DNA of 64,000 bases. It comes from Auanema rhodensis. Its lineage: Eukaryota > Animalia > Nematoda. The stretch covers positions 790,675 through 854,674 of the forward strand of contig CAXKVF010000075.1 of assembly GCA_964057225.1 (NCBI GenBank), in the 5' to 3' direction. The notes beneath the pieces are model-generated. The model was not told where the DNA came from and ran no database searches. It saw nothing but the letters and a program-made list of their open reading frames with translations. The position numbers and the translations under genes were made by a program. How positions within the stretch are numbered: position 1 is the first letter of the stretch; each line of letters opens with the position of its first letter. Positions 26,629-41,467 of this stretch are shown in pieces.

Positions 26629-26732
26629 GTGCACTTGGTATGTAACTTGCTCCACGTGAAAGATAAAGAGATGCGGTTTTCAAAATTAGATTCCCCATGT
26701 CCATATTTATGCTAATTAAATGTACACGTGAT
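26629..26732. repeat. Truncated 104-bp monomer (72-bp internal deletion), copy 1
   Basis: CCATATT joined to TATGCTAATT; GTGCAC spacing 26629->26733. Confidence 0.95.
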
Positions 26733-27963
26733 GTGCACTTGGTATGTAACTCGCTTCACGTGAAAGATAAAGAGATGCGGTTTTCAAAATTAGATTCCCC
26801 ATGTCCATATTAGTCTAAAGACAAATTTTTATTGATATTGGTGCATGGTAACCATGGCTTTGAAATTTACGTGAACTTTAATTTATGCTAATTAAATGTA
26901 CACGTGATGTGCACTTGTATGTAACTCGCTTCACGTGAAAGATAAAGAGATGCGGTTTTCAAAATTAGATTCCCCATGTCCATATTAGTCTAAAAACAAA
27001 TTTTTATTGATATTGGTGCATGGTAACCATGACTTTGAAATTTACGTGAACTTTAATTTATGCTAATTAAATGTACACGTGATGTGCACTTGGTATGTAA
27101 CTCGCTTCACGTGAAAGATAAAGAGATACGGTTTTCAAAATTAGATTCCCCATCTCCATATTAGTCTAAAAACAAATTTTTATTGATATTGGTTCATGGT
27201 AACCATGACTTTGAAATTTACGTGAACTTTAATTTTTGCTAATTAAATGTACACGTGATGTGCACTTGGTATGTAACTCGCTTCACGTGAAAGATAAAGT
27301 GATGCGGTTTTCAAAATTAGATTCCCCATGTCCATATTAGTCTAAAAACAAATTTTTATTGATATTGGTGCATGGTAACCATGACTTTGAAATTTACGTG
27401 AACTTTAATTTATGCTAATTAAATGTACACGTGATGTGCACTTGGTATGTAACTCGCTTCACGTGAAAGATAAAGTGATGCGGTTTTCAAAATTAGATTC
27501 CCCATGTCCATATTAGTCTAAAAACAAATTTTTATTGATATTGGTGCATGGTAACCATGACTTTGAAATTTACGTGAACTTTAATTTATGCTAATTAAAT
27601 GTACACGTGATGTGCACTTGGTATGTAACTCGCTTCACGTGAAAGATAAAGAGATGCGGTTTTCAAAATTAGATTCCCCATGTCCATATTAGTCTAAAAA
27701 CAAATTTTCATTGATATTGGTGCATGGTAACCATGACTTTGAAATTTACGTGAACTTTAATTTATGCTAATTAAATGTACACGTGATGTGCACTTGGTAT
27801 GTAACTCGCTTCACGTGAAAGATAAAGAGATGCGGTTTTCAAAATTAGATTCCCCATGTCCATATTAGTCTAAAAACAAATTTTTATTGATATTGGTTCA
27901 TGGTAACCATGACTTTGAAATTTACGTGAACTTTAATTTATGCTAATTAAATGTACACGTGAT

Positions 27964-28067
27964 GTGCACTTGGTATGTAACTCGCTTCACGTGAAAGATA
28001 AAGAGATGCGGTTTTCAAAATTAGATTCCCCATGTCCATATTTATGCTAATTAAATGTACACGTGAT
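27964..28067. repeat. Truncated 104-bp monomer, copy 2
   Basis: Same junction; GTGCAC spacing 27964->28068. Confidence 0.95.
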
Positions 28068-31000
28068 GTGCACTTGGTATGTAACTCGCTTCACGTGAAA
28101 GATAAAGAGATGCGGTTTTCAAAATTAGATTCCCCATGTCCATATTAGTCTAAAAACAAATTTTTATTGATATTGGTGCATGGTAACCATGGCTTTGAAA
28201 TTTACGTGAACTTTAATTTATGCTAATTAAATGTACACGTGATGTGCACTTGTATGTAACTCGCTTCACGTGAAAGATAAAGAGATGCGGTTTTCAAAAT
28301 TAGATTCCCCATGTCCATATTAGTCTTAAAACAAATTTTTATTGATATTGGTTCATGGTAACCATGACTTTGAAATTTACGTGAACTTTAATTTATGCTA
28401 ATTAAATGTACACGTGATGTGCACTTGGTATGTAACTAGCTTCACGTGAAAGATAAAGAGATGCGGTTTTCAAAATTAGATTCCCCATGTCCATATTAGT
28501 CTAAAAACAAATTTTTATTGATATTGGTGCATGGTAACCATGACTTTGAAATTTACGTGAACTTTAATTTATGCTAATTAAATGTACACGTGATGTGCAC
28601 TTGGTATGTAACTCGCTTCACGTGAAAGATAAAGAGATACGGTTTTCAAAATTAGATTCCCCATCTCCATATTAGTCTAAAAACAAATTTTTATTGATAT
28701 TGGTTCATGGTAACCATGACTTTGAAATTTACGTGAACTTTAATTTTTGCTAATTAAATGTACACGTGATGTGCACTTGGTATGTAACTCGCTTCACGTG
28801 AAAGATAAAGTGATGCGGTTTTCAAAATTAGATTCCCCATGTCCATATTAGTCTAAAAACAAATTTTTATTGATATTGGTGCATGGTAACCATGACTTTG
28901 AAATTTACGTGAACTTTAATTTATGCTAATTAAATGTACACGTGATGTGCACTTGGTATGTAACTCGCTTCATGTGAAAGATAAAGAGATGCGGTTTTCA
29001 CAATTAGGTTCCCCATGTCCATATTAGTCTAAAAACAAATTTTTATTGATATTGCTTCATGGTAACCATGACTTTGAAATTTACGTGAACTTTAATTTAT
29101 GCTAATTAAATGTACACGTGATGTGCACTTGGTATGTAACTCGCTTCACGTGAAAGATAAAGAGATGCGGTTTTCAAAATTAGATTCCCCATGTCCATAT
29201 TAGTCTAAAAACAAATTTTTATTGATATTGGTTCATGGTAACCATGACTTTGAAATTTACGTGAACTTTAATTTATGCTTATTAAATGTACACGTGATGT
29301 GCACTTGGTATGTAACTCGCTTCACGTGAAAGATAAAGAGATGCGGTTTTCAACATTAGATTCCCCATGTTCATATTAGTCTAAAAACAAATTTTTATTG
29401 ATATTGGTTCATGGTAACCATGACTTTGAAATTTACGTGAACTTTAATTTATGCTAATTAAATGTACACGTGATGTGCACTTGGTATGTAACTCGCTTCA
29501 CGTGAAAGATAAAGAGATGCGGTTTTCAAAATTAGATTCCCCATGTCCATATTAGTCTAAAAACAAATTTTTATTGATATTGGTTCATGGTAACCATGAC
29601 TTTGAAATTTACGTGAACTTTAATTTTTGCTAATTAAATGTACACGTGATGTGCACTTGGTATGTAACTCGCTTCAAGTGAAAGATAAAGTGATGCGGTT
29701 TTCAAAATTAGATTCCCCATGTCCATATTAGTCTAAAAACAAATTTTTATTGATATTGCTTCATGGTAACCATGACTTTGAAATTTACGTGAACTTTAAT
29801 TTATGCTAATTAAATGTACACGTGATGTGCATTTGGTATGTAACTCGCTTCACGTGAAAGATAAAGAGATGCGGTTTTCAAAATTAGATTCCCCATGTCC
29901 ATATTAGTCTACAAACAAATTTTTATTGATATTGGTTCATGGTAACCATGACTTTGAAATTTACGTGAACTTTAATTTATGCTAATTAAATGTACACGTG
30001 ATGTGCACTTGGTATGTAACTCGCTTCACGTGAAAGATAAAGAGATGCGGTTTTCAAAATTAGATTCCCCATGTCCATATTAGTCTAAAAACAAATTTTT
30101 ATTGATATTGCTTCATGGTAACCATGACTTTGAAATTTACGTGAACTTTAATTTATGCTAATTAAATGTACACGTGATGTGCACTTGGTATGTAACTCGC
30201 TTCATGTGAAAGATAAAGAGATGCGGTTTTCACAATTAGGTTCCCCATGTCCATATTAGTCTAAAAACAAATTTTTATTGATATTGCTTCATGGTAACCA
30301 TGACTTTGAAATTTACGTGAACTTTAATTTATGCTAATTAAATGTACACGTGATGTGCACTTGGTATGTAACTCGCTTCACGTGAAAGATAAAGAGATGC
30401 GGTTTTCAAAATTAGATTCCCCATGTCCATATTAGTCTAAAAACAAATTTTTATTGATATTGGTTCATGGTAACCATGACTTTGAAATTTACGTGAACTT
30501 TAATTTATGCTAATTAAATGTACACGTGATGTGCACTTGGTATGTAACTCGCTTCACGTGAAAGATAAAGAGATGCGGTTTTCAAAATTAGATTCCCCAT
30601 GTCCATATTAGTCTAAAAACAAATTTTTATTGATATTGGTTCATGGTAACCATGACTTTGAAATTTACGTGAACTTTAATTTATGCTTATTAAATGTACA
30701 CGTGATGTGCACTTGGTATGTAACTCGCTTCACGTGAAAGATAAAGAGATGCGGTTTTCAAAATTAGATTCCCCATGTTCATATTAGTCTAAAAACAAAT
30801 TTTTATTGATATTGGTTCATGGTAACCATGACTTTGAAATTTACGTGAACTTTAATTTATGCTAATTAAATGTACACGTGATGTGCACTTGGTATGTAAC
30901 TCGCTTCACGTGAAAGATAAAGAGATGCGGTTTTCAAAATTAGATTCCCCATGTCCATATTAGTCTAAAAACAAATTTTTATTGATATTGGTTCATGGTA

Positions 31001-33874
31001 ACCATGACTTTGAAATTTACGTGAACTTTAATTTATGCTAATTAAATGTACACGTGATGTGCACTTGGTATGTAACTCGCTTCACGTGAAAGATAAGGAG
31101 ATGCGGTTTTCAAAATTAGGTTCCCCATGTCCATATTAGTCTAAAAACAAATTTTTATTGATATTGGTTCATGGTAACCATGACTTTGAAATTTACGTGA
31201 ACTTTAATTTATGCTAATTAAATGTACACGTGATGTGCACTTGGTATGTAACTCGCTTCACGTGAAAGATAAAGAGATGCGGTTTTCAAAATTAGATTCC
31301 CCATGTCCATATTAGTCTAAAAACAAATTTTTATTGATATTGGTGCATGGTAACCATGACTTTGAAATTTACGTGAACTTTAATTTATGCTAATTAAATG
31401 TACACGTGATGTGCATTTGGTATGTAACTCGCTTCACGTGAAAGATAAAGAGATGCGGTTTTCAAAATTAGATTCCCCATGTCCATATTAGTCTACAAAC
31501 AAATTTTTATTGATATTGGTTCATGGTAACCATGACTTTGAAATTTACGTGAACTTTAATTTTTGCTAATTAAATGTACACGTGATGTGCACTTGGTATG
31601 TAACTCGCTTCAAGTGAAAGATAAAGTGATGCGGTTTTCAAAATTAGATTCCCCATGTCCATATTAGTCTAAAAACAAATTTTTATTGATATTGCTTCAT
31701 GGTAACCATGACTTTGAAATTTACGTGAACTTTAATTTATGCTAATTAAATGTACACGTGATGTGCATTTGGTATGTAACTCGCTTCACGTGAAAGATAA
31801 AGAGATGCGGTTTTCAAAATTAGATTCCCCATGTCCATATTAGTCTACAAACAAATTTTTATTGATATTGGTTCATGGTAACCATGACTTTGAAATTTAC
31901 GTGAACTTTAATTTATGCTAATTAAATGTACACGTGATGTGCACTTGGTATGTAACTCGCTTCACGTGAAAGATAAAGAGATGCGGTTTTCAAAATTAGA
32001 TTCCCCATGTCCATATTAGTCTAAAAACAAATTTTTATTGATATTGCTTCATGGTAACCATGACTTTGAAATTTACGTGAACTTTAATTTATGCTAATTA
32101 AATGTACACGTGATGTGCACTTGGTATGTAACTCGCTTCATGTGAAAGATAAAGAGATGCGGTTTTCACAATTAGGTTCCCCATGTCCATATTAGTCTAA
32201 AAACAAATTTTTATTGATATTGCTTCATGGTAACCATGACTTTGAAATTTACGTGAACTTTAATTTATGCTAATTAAATGTACACGTGATGTGCACTTGG
32301 TATGTAACTCGCTTCACGTGAAAGATAAAGAGATGCGGTTTTCAAAATTAGATTCCCCATGTCCATATTAGTCTAAAAACAAATTTTTATTGATATTGGT
32401 TCATGGTAACCATGACTTTGAAATTTACGTGAACTTTAATTTATGCTTATTAAATGTACACGTGATGTGCACTTGGTATGTAACTCGCTTCACGTGAAAG
32501 ATAAAGAGATGCGGTTTTCAAAATTAGATTCCCCATGTCCATATTAGTCTAAAAACAAATTTTTATTGATATTGGTTCATGGTAACCATGACTTTGAAAT
32601 TTACGTGAACTTTAATTTATGCTAATTAAATGTACACGTGATGTGCACTTGGTATGTAACTCGCTTCACGTGAAAGATAAAGAGATGCGGTTTTCAAAAT
32701 TAGATTCCCCATGTCCATATTAGTCTAAAAACAAATTTTTATTGATATTGGTTCATGGTAACCATGACTTTGAAATTTACGTGAACTTTAATTTATGCTA
32801 ATTAAATGTACACGTGATGTGCACTTGGTATGTAACTCGCTTCACGTGAAAGATAAGGAGATGCGGTTTTCAAAATTAGGTTCCCCATGTCCATATTAGT
32901 CTAAAAACAAATTTTTATTGATATTGGTTCATGGTAACCATGACTTTGAAATTTACGTGAACTTTAATTTATGCTAATTAAATGTACACGTGATGTGCAC
33001 TTGGTATGTAACTCGCTTCACGTGAAAGATAAAGAGATGCGGTTTTCAAAATTAGATTCCCCATGTCCATATTAGTCTAAAAACAAATTTTTATTGATAT
33101 TGGTGCATGGTAACCATGACTTTGAAATTTACGTGAACTTTAATTTATGCTAATTAAATGTACACGTGATGTGCATTTGGTATGTAACTCGCTTCACGTG
33201 AAAGATAAAGAGATGCGGTTTTCAAAATTAGATTCCCCATGTCCATATTAGTCTACAAACAAATTTTTATTGATATTGGTTCATGGTAACCATGACTTTG
33301 AAATTTACGTGAACTTTAATTTTTGCTAATTAAATGTACACGTGATGTGCACTTGGTATGTAACTCGCTTCACGTGAAAGATAAAGTGATGCGGTTTTCA
33401 AAATTAGATTCCCCATGTCCATATTAGTCTAAAAACAAATTTTTATTGATATTGGTGCATGGTAACCATGACTTTGAAATTTACGTGAACTTTAATTTAT
33501 GCTAATTAAATGTACACGTGATGTGCACTTGGTATGTAACTCGCTTCACGTGAAAGATAAAGAGATGCGGTTTTCAAAATTAGATTCCCCATTTCCATAT
33601 TAGTCTAAAAACAAATTTTTATTGATATTGGTGCATGGTAACCATGACTTTGAAATTTACGTGAACTTTAATTTATGCTAATTAAATGTACACGTGATGT
33701 GCACTTGGTATGTAACTCGCTTCACGTGAAAGATAAAGAGATGCGGTTTTCAAAATTAGATTCCCCATGTCCATATTAGTCTAAAAACAAATTTTTATTG
33801 ATATTGGTTCATGGTAACCATGACTTTGAAATTTACGTGAACTTTAATTTATGCTAATTAAATGTACACGTGAT

Positions 33875-33978
33875 GTGCACTTGGTATGTAACTCGCTTCA
33901 CGTGAAAGATAAAGAGATGCGGTTTTCAAAATTAGATTCCCCATGTCCATATTTATGCTAATTAAATGTACACGTGAT
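33875..33978. repeat. Truncated 104-bp monomer, copy 3
   Basis: Same junction; GTGCAC spacing 33875->33979. Confidence 0.95.
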
Positions 33979-34681
33979 GTGCACTTGGTATGTAACTCGC
34001 TTCACGTGAAAGATAAAGAGATGCGGTTTTCAAAATTAGATTCCCCATGTCCATATTAGTCTAAAAACAAATTTTTATTGATATTGGTGCATGGTAACCA
34101 TGGCTTTGAAATTTACGTGAACTTTAATTTATGCTAATTAAATGTACACGTGATGTGCACTTGTATGTAACTCGCTTCACGTGAAAGATAAAGAGATGCG
34201 GTTTTCAAAATTAGATTCCCCATGTCCATATTAGTCTAAAAACAAATTTTTATTGATATTGCTTCATGGTAACCATGACTTTGAAATTTACGTGAACTTT
34301 AATTTATGCTAATTAAATGTACACGTGATGTGCACTTGGTATGTAACTCGCTTCACGTGAAAGATAAAGAGATGCGGTTTTCAAAATTAGATTCCCCATG
34401 TCCATATTAGTCTAAAAACAAATTTTTATTGATATTGGTGCATGGTAACCATGGCTTTGAAATTTACGTGAACTTTAATTTATGCTAATTAAATGTACAC
34501 GTGATGTGCACTTGGTATGTAACTCGCTTCACGTGAAAGATAAAGAGATGCGGTTTTCAAAATTAGATTCCCCATGTCCATATTAGTCTAAAAACAAATT
34601 TTTATTGATATTGGTGCATGGTAACCATGACTTTGAAATTTACGTGAACTTTAATTTATGCTAATTAAATGTACACGTGAT

Positions 34682-34906
34682 GTGCACTTGGTATGTAACT
34701 CGCTTCACGTGAAAGATAAAGAGATGCGGTTTTCAAAATTCGATTCCCCATGTCCATATTAGTCTAAAAACAAATTTTTATTTTTATGCTAATTTCAAAG
34801 TCATGGTTACCATGCAAAACAAATTTTTATTGATATTGGTGCATGGTAACCATGACTTTGAAATTTACGTGAACTTTAATTTATGCTAATTAAATGTACA
34901 CGTGAT
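34682..34906. repeat. Expanded 225-bp monomer with templated inverted insertion, copy 1
   Basis: Net +49 bp, including AATTTCAAAGTCATGGTTACCATGCA (34791-34816), the exact reverse complement of 34840-34865. Confidence 0.95.
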
Positions 34907-37900
34907 GTGCACTTGGTATGTAACTCGCTTCACGTGAAAGATAAAGAGATGCGGTTTTCAAAATTAGATTCCCCATGTCCATATTAGTCTAAAAACAAAT
35001 TTTTATTGATATTGGTTCATGGTAACCATGACTTTGAAATTTACGTGAATTTTAATTTATGCTAATTAAATGTACACGTGATGTGCACTTGGTATGTAAC
35101 TCGCTTCACGTGAAAGATAAAGAGATGCGGTTTTCAAAATTAGATTCCCCATGTCCATATTAGTCTAAAAACAAATTTTTATTGATATTGGTTCATGGTA
35201 ACCATGACTTTGAAATTTACGTGAACTTTAATTTATGCTAATTAAATGTACACGTGATGTGCACTTGGTATGTAACTCGCTTCACGTGAAAGATAAAGAG
35301 ATGCGGTTTTCAAAATTAGATTCCCCATGTCCATATTAGTCTAAAAACAAATTTTTATTGATATTGCTTCATGGTAACCATGACTTTGAAATTTACGTGA
35401 ACTTTAATTTATGCTAATTAAATGTACACGTGATGTGCACTTGGTATGTAACTCGCTTCACGTGAAAGATAAAGAGATGCGGTTTTCAAAATTAGATTCC
35501 CCATGTCCATATTAGTCTAAAAACAAATTTTTATTGATATTGGTGCATGGTAACCATGACTTTGAAATTTACGTGAACTTTAATTTATGCTAATTAAATG
35601 TACACGTGATGTGCACTTGGTATGTAACTCGCTTCACGTGAAAGATAAAGAGATGCGGTTTTCAAAATTAGATTCCCCATGTCCATATTAGTCTAAAAAC
35701 AAATTTTTATTGATATTGGTGCATGGTAACCATGACTTTGAAATTTACGTGAACTTTAATTTATGCTAATTAAATGTACACGTGATGTGCACTTGGTATG
35801 TAACTCGCTTCACGTGAAAGATAAAGAGATGCGGTTTTCAAAATTAGATTCCCCATGTCCATATTAGTCTAAAAACAAATTTTTATTGATATTGGTGCAT
35901 GGTAACCATGACTTTGAAATTTACGTGAACTTTAATTTATGCTAATTAAATGTCCACGTGATGTGCACTTGGTATGTAACTCGCTTCACGTGAAAGATAA
36001 AGAGATGCGGTTTTCAAAATTAGATTCCCCATGTCCATATTAGTCTAAAAACAAATTTTTATTGATATTGCTTCATGGTAACCATGACTTTGAAATTTAC
36101 GTGAACTTTAATTTATGCTAATTAAATGTACACGTGATGTGCACTTGGTATGTAACTCGCTTCACGTGAAAGATAAAGAGATGCGGTTTTCAAAATTAGA
36201 TTCCCCATGTCCATATTAGTCTAAAAACAATTTTTTATTGATATTGGTTCATGGTAACCATGACTTTGAAATTTACGTGAACTTTAATTTATGCTAATTA
36301 AATGTACACGTGATGTGCACTTGGTATGTAACTCGCTTCACGTTAAAGATAAAGAGATGCGGTTTTCAAAATTAGATTCCCCATGTCCATATTAGTCTAA
36401 AAACAAATTTATATTGATATTGCTTCATGGTAACCATGACTTTGAAATTTACGTGAACTTTAATTTATGCTAATTAAATGTACACGTGATGTGCACTTGG
36501 TATGTAACTCGCTTCACGTGAAAGATAAAGAGATGCGGTTTTCAAAATTAGATTCCCCATGTCCATATTAGTCTAAAAACAATTTGTTATTGATATTGGT
36601 TCATGGTAACCATGACTTTGAAATTTACGTGAACTTTAATTTATGCTAATTAAATGTACACGTGATGTGCACTTGGTATGTAACTCGCTTCACGTGAAAG
36701 ATAAAGAGATGCGGTTTTCAAAATTAGATTCCCCATGTCCATATTAGTCTAAAAACAAATTTATATTGATATTGCTTCATGGTAACCATGACTTTGAAAT
36801 TTACGTGAACTTTAATTTATGCTAATTAAATGTACACGTGATGTGCACTTGGTATGTAACTCGCTTCACGTGAAAGATAAAGAGATGCGGTTTTCAAAAT
36901 TAGATTCCCCATGTCCATATTAGTCTAAAAACAAATTTTTATTGATATTGCTTCATGGTAACCATGACTTTGAAATTTACGTGAACTTTAATTTATGCTA
37001 ATTAAATGTACACGTGATGTGCACTTGGTATGTAACTCGCTTCACGTGAAAGATAAAGAGATGCGGTTTTCAAAATTAGATTCCCCATGTCCATATTAGT
37101 CTAAAAACAATTTTTTATTGATATTGGTTCATGGTAACCATGACTTTGAAATTTACGTGAACTTTAATTTATGCTAATTAAATGTACACGTGATGTGCAC
37201 TTGGTATGTAACTCGCTTCACGTGAAAGATAAAGAGATGCGGTTTTCAAAATTAGATTCCCCATGTCCATATTAGTCTAAAAACAATTTTTTATTGATAT
37301 TGGTTCATGGTAACCATGACTTTGAAATTTACGTGAACTTTAATTTATGCTAATTAAATGTACACTTGATGTGCACTTGGTATGTAACTCGCTTCACGTG
37401 AAAGATAAAGAGATGCGGTTTTCAAAATTAGGTTCCCCATGTCCATATTAGTCTAAAAACAAATTTTTATTGATATTGCTTCATGGTAACCATGACTTTG
37501 AAATTTACGTGAACTTTAATTTATGCTAATTAAATGTACACGTGATGTGCACTTGGTATGTAACTCGCTTCACGTGAAAGATAAAGAGATGCGGTTTTCA
37601 AAATTAGATTCCCCATGTCCATATTAGTCTAAAAACAAATTTTAATTGATATTGGTTCATGGTAACCATGACTTTGAAATTTACGTGAACTTTAATTTAT
37701 GCTAATTAAATGTACACGTGATGTGCACTTGGTATGTAACTCGCTTCACGTGAAAGATAAAGAGATGCGGTTTTCAAAATTAGGTTCCCCATGTCCATAT
37801 TAGTCTAAAAACAAATTTTTATTGATATTGGTTCATGGTAACCATGACTTTGAAATTTACGTGAACTTTAATTTATGCTAATTAAATGTACACGTGATGT

Positions 37901-40900
37901 GCACTTGGTATGTAACTCGCTTCACGTGAAAGATAAAGAGATGCGGTTTTCAAAATTAGATTCCCCATGTCCATATTAGTCTAAAAACAAATTTTTATTG
38001 ATATTGGTTCATGGTAACCATCACTTTGAAATTTACGTGAACTTTAATTTATGCTAATTAAATGTACACGTGATGTGCACTTGGTATGTAACTCGCTTCA
38101 CGTGAAAGATAATGAGATGCGGTTTTCAAAATTAGATTCCCCATGTCCATATTAGTCTAAAAACAAATTTTTATTGATATTGGTGCATGGTAACCATGAC
38201 TTTGAAATTTACGTGAACTTTAATTTATGCTAATTAAATGTACACGTGATGTGCACTTGGTATGTAACTCGCTTCACGTGAAAGATGAAGAGATGCGGTT
38301 TTCAAAATTAGATTCCCCATGTCCATATTAGTCTAAAAACAAATTTTTATTGATATTGGTGCATGGTAACCATGACTTTGAAATTTACGTGAACTTTAAT
38401 TTATGCTAATTAAATGTACACGTGATGTGCACGTGGTATGTAACTCGCTTCACGTGAAAGATAAAGAGATGCGGTTTTCAAAATTAGATTCCCCATGTCC
38501 ATATTAGTCTAAAAACAAATTTTTATTGATATTGGTTCATGGTAACCATGACTTTGAAATTTACGTGAACTTTAATTTATGCTAATTAAATGTACACGTG
38601 ATGTGCACTTGGTATGTAACTCGCTTCACGTGAAAGATAATGAGATGCGGTTTTCAAAATTAGATTCCCCATGTCCATATTAGTCTAAAAACAAATTTTT
38701 ATTGATATTGGTGCATGGTAACCATGACTTTGAAATTTACGTGAACTTTAATTTATGCTAATTAAATGTACACGTGATGTGCACTTGGTATGTAACTCGC
38801 TTCACGTGAAAGATGAAGAGATGCGGTTTTCAAAATTAGATTCCCCATGTCCATATTAGTCTAAAAACAAATTTTTATTGATATTGGTGCCTGGTAACCA
38901 TGACTTTGAAATTTACGTGAACTTTAATTTATGCTAATTAAATGTACACGTGATGTGCACGTGGTATGTAACTCGCTTCACGTGAAAGATAAAGAGATGC
39001 GGTTTTCAAAATTAGGTTCCCCATGTCCATATTAGTCTAAAAACAAATTTTTATTGATATTGGTTCATGGTAACCATGACTTTGAAATTTACGTGAACTT
39101 TAATTTATGCTAATTAAATGTACACGTGATGTGCACTTGGTATGTAACTCGCTTCACGTGAAAGATAAAGAGATGCGGTTTTCAAAATTAGATTCCCCAT
39201 GTCCATATTAGTCTAAAAACAAATTTTTATTGATATTGGTTCATGGTAACCATCACTTTGAAATTTACGTGAACTTTAATTTATGCTAATTAAATGTACA
39301 CGTGATGTGCACTTGGTATGTAACTCGCTTCACGTGAAAGATAATGAGATGCGGTTTTCAAAATTAGATTCCCCATGTCCATATTAGTCTAAAAACAAAT
39401 TTTGATTGATATTGGTGCATGGTAACCATGACTTTGAAATTTACGTGAACTTTAATTTATGCTAATTAAATGTACACGTGATGTGCACTTGGTATGTAAC
39501 TCGCTTCACGTGAAAGATGAAGAGATGCGGTTTTCAAAATTAGATTCCCCATGTCCATATTAGTCTAAAAACAAATTTTTATTGATATTGGTGCATGGTA
39601 ACCATGACTTTGAAATTTACGTGAACTTTAATTTATGCTAATTAAATGTACACGTGATGTGCACGTGGTATGTAACTCGCTTCACGTGAAGGATAAAGAG
39701 ATGCGGTTTTCAAAATTAGATTCCCCATGTCCATATTAGTCTAAAAACAAATTTTTATTGATATTGGTTCATGGTAACCATGACTTTGAAATTTACGTGA
39801 ACTTTAATTTATGCTAATTAAATGTACACGTGATGTGCACTTGGTATGTAACTCGCTTCACGTGAGAGATAATGAGATGCGGTTTTCAAAATTAGATTCC
39901 CCATGTCCATATTAGTCTAAAAACAAATTTTTATTGATATTGGTGCATGGTAACCATGACTTTGAAATTTACGTGAACTTTAATTTATGCTAATTAAATG
40001 TACACGTGATGTGCACTTGGTATGTAACTCGCTTCACGTGAAAGATGAAGAGATGCGGTTTTCAAAATTAGATTCCCCATGTCCATATTAGTCTAAAAAC
40101 AAATTTTTATTGATATTGGTGCATGGTAACCATGACTTTGAAATTTACGTGAACTTCAATTTATGCTAATTAAATGTACACGTGATGTGCACGTGGTATG
40201 TAACTCGCTTCACGTGAAAGATAAAGAGATGCGGTTTTCAAAATTAGATTCCCCATGTCCATATTAGTCTAAAAACAAATTTTTATTGATATTGGTGCAT
40301 GGTAACCATGACTTTGAAATTTACGTGAACTTTAATTTATGCTAATTAAATGTACACGTGATGTGCACGTGGTATGTAACTCGCTTCACGTGAAAGATAA
40401 AGAGATGCGGTTTTCAAAATTAGATTCCCCATGTCCATATTAGTCTAAAAACAAATTTTTATTGATATTGGTGCATGGTAACCATGACTTTGAAATTTAC
40501 GTGAACTTTAATTTATGCTAATTAAATGTACACGTGATGTGCACTTGGTATGTAACTCGCTTCACGTGAAAGATAAAGAGATGCGGTTTTCAAAATTAGA
40601 TTCCCCATGTCCATATTAGTCTAAAAACAAATTTTTATTGATATTGGTGCATGGTAACCATGACTTTGAAATTTACGTGAACTTTAATTTATGCTAATTA
40701 AATGTACACGTGATGTGCACGTGGTATGTAACTCGCTTCACGTGAAAGATAAAGAGATGCGGTTTTCAAAATTAGATTCCCCATGTCCATATTAGTCTAA
40801 AAACAAATTTTTATTGATATTGGTGCATGGTAACCATGACTTTGAAATTTACGTGAACTTTAATTTATGCTAATTAAATGTACACGTGATGTGCACGTGG

Positions 40901-41242
40901 TATGTAACTCGCTTCACGTGAAAGATAAAGAGATGCGGTTTTCAAAATTAGATTCCCCATGTCCATATTAGTCTAAAAACAAATTTTTATTGATATTGGT
41001 GCATGGTAACCATGACTTTGAAATTTACGTGAACTTTAATTTATGCTAATTAAATGTACACGTGATGTGCACTTGGTATGTAACTCGCTTCACGTGAAAG
41101 ATAAAGAGATGCGGTTTTCAAAATTAGATTCCCCATGTCCATATTAGTCTAAAAACAAATTTTTATTGATATTGGTGCATGGTAACCATGACTTTGAAAT
41201 TTACGTGAACTTTAATTTATGCTAATTAAATGTACACGTGAT

Positions 41243-41467
41243 GTGCACTTGGTATGTAACTCGCTTCACGTGAAAGATAAAGAGATGCGGTTTTCAAAAT
41301 TAGATTCCCCATGTCCATATTAGTCTAAAAACAAATTTTTATTTTTATGCTAATTTCAAAGTCATGGTTACCATGCAAAACAAATTTTTATTGATATTGG
41401 TGCATGGTAACCATGACTTTGAAATTTACGTGAACTTTAATTTATGCTAATTAAATGTACACGTGAT
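41243..41467. repeat. Expanded 225-bp monomer with templated inverted insertion, copy 2
   Basis: Identical insertion 6561 bp downstream (225 + 36x176). Confidence 0.95.
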
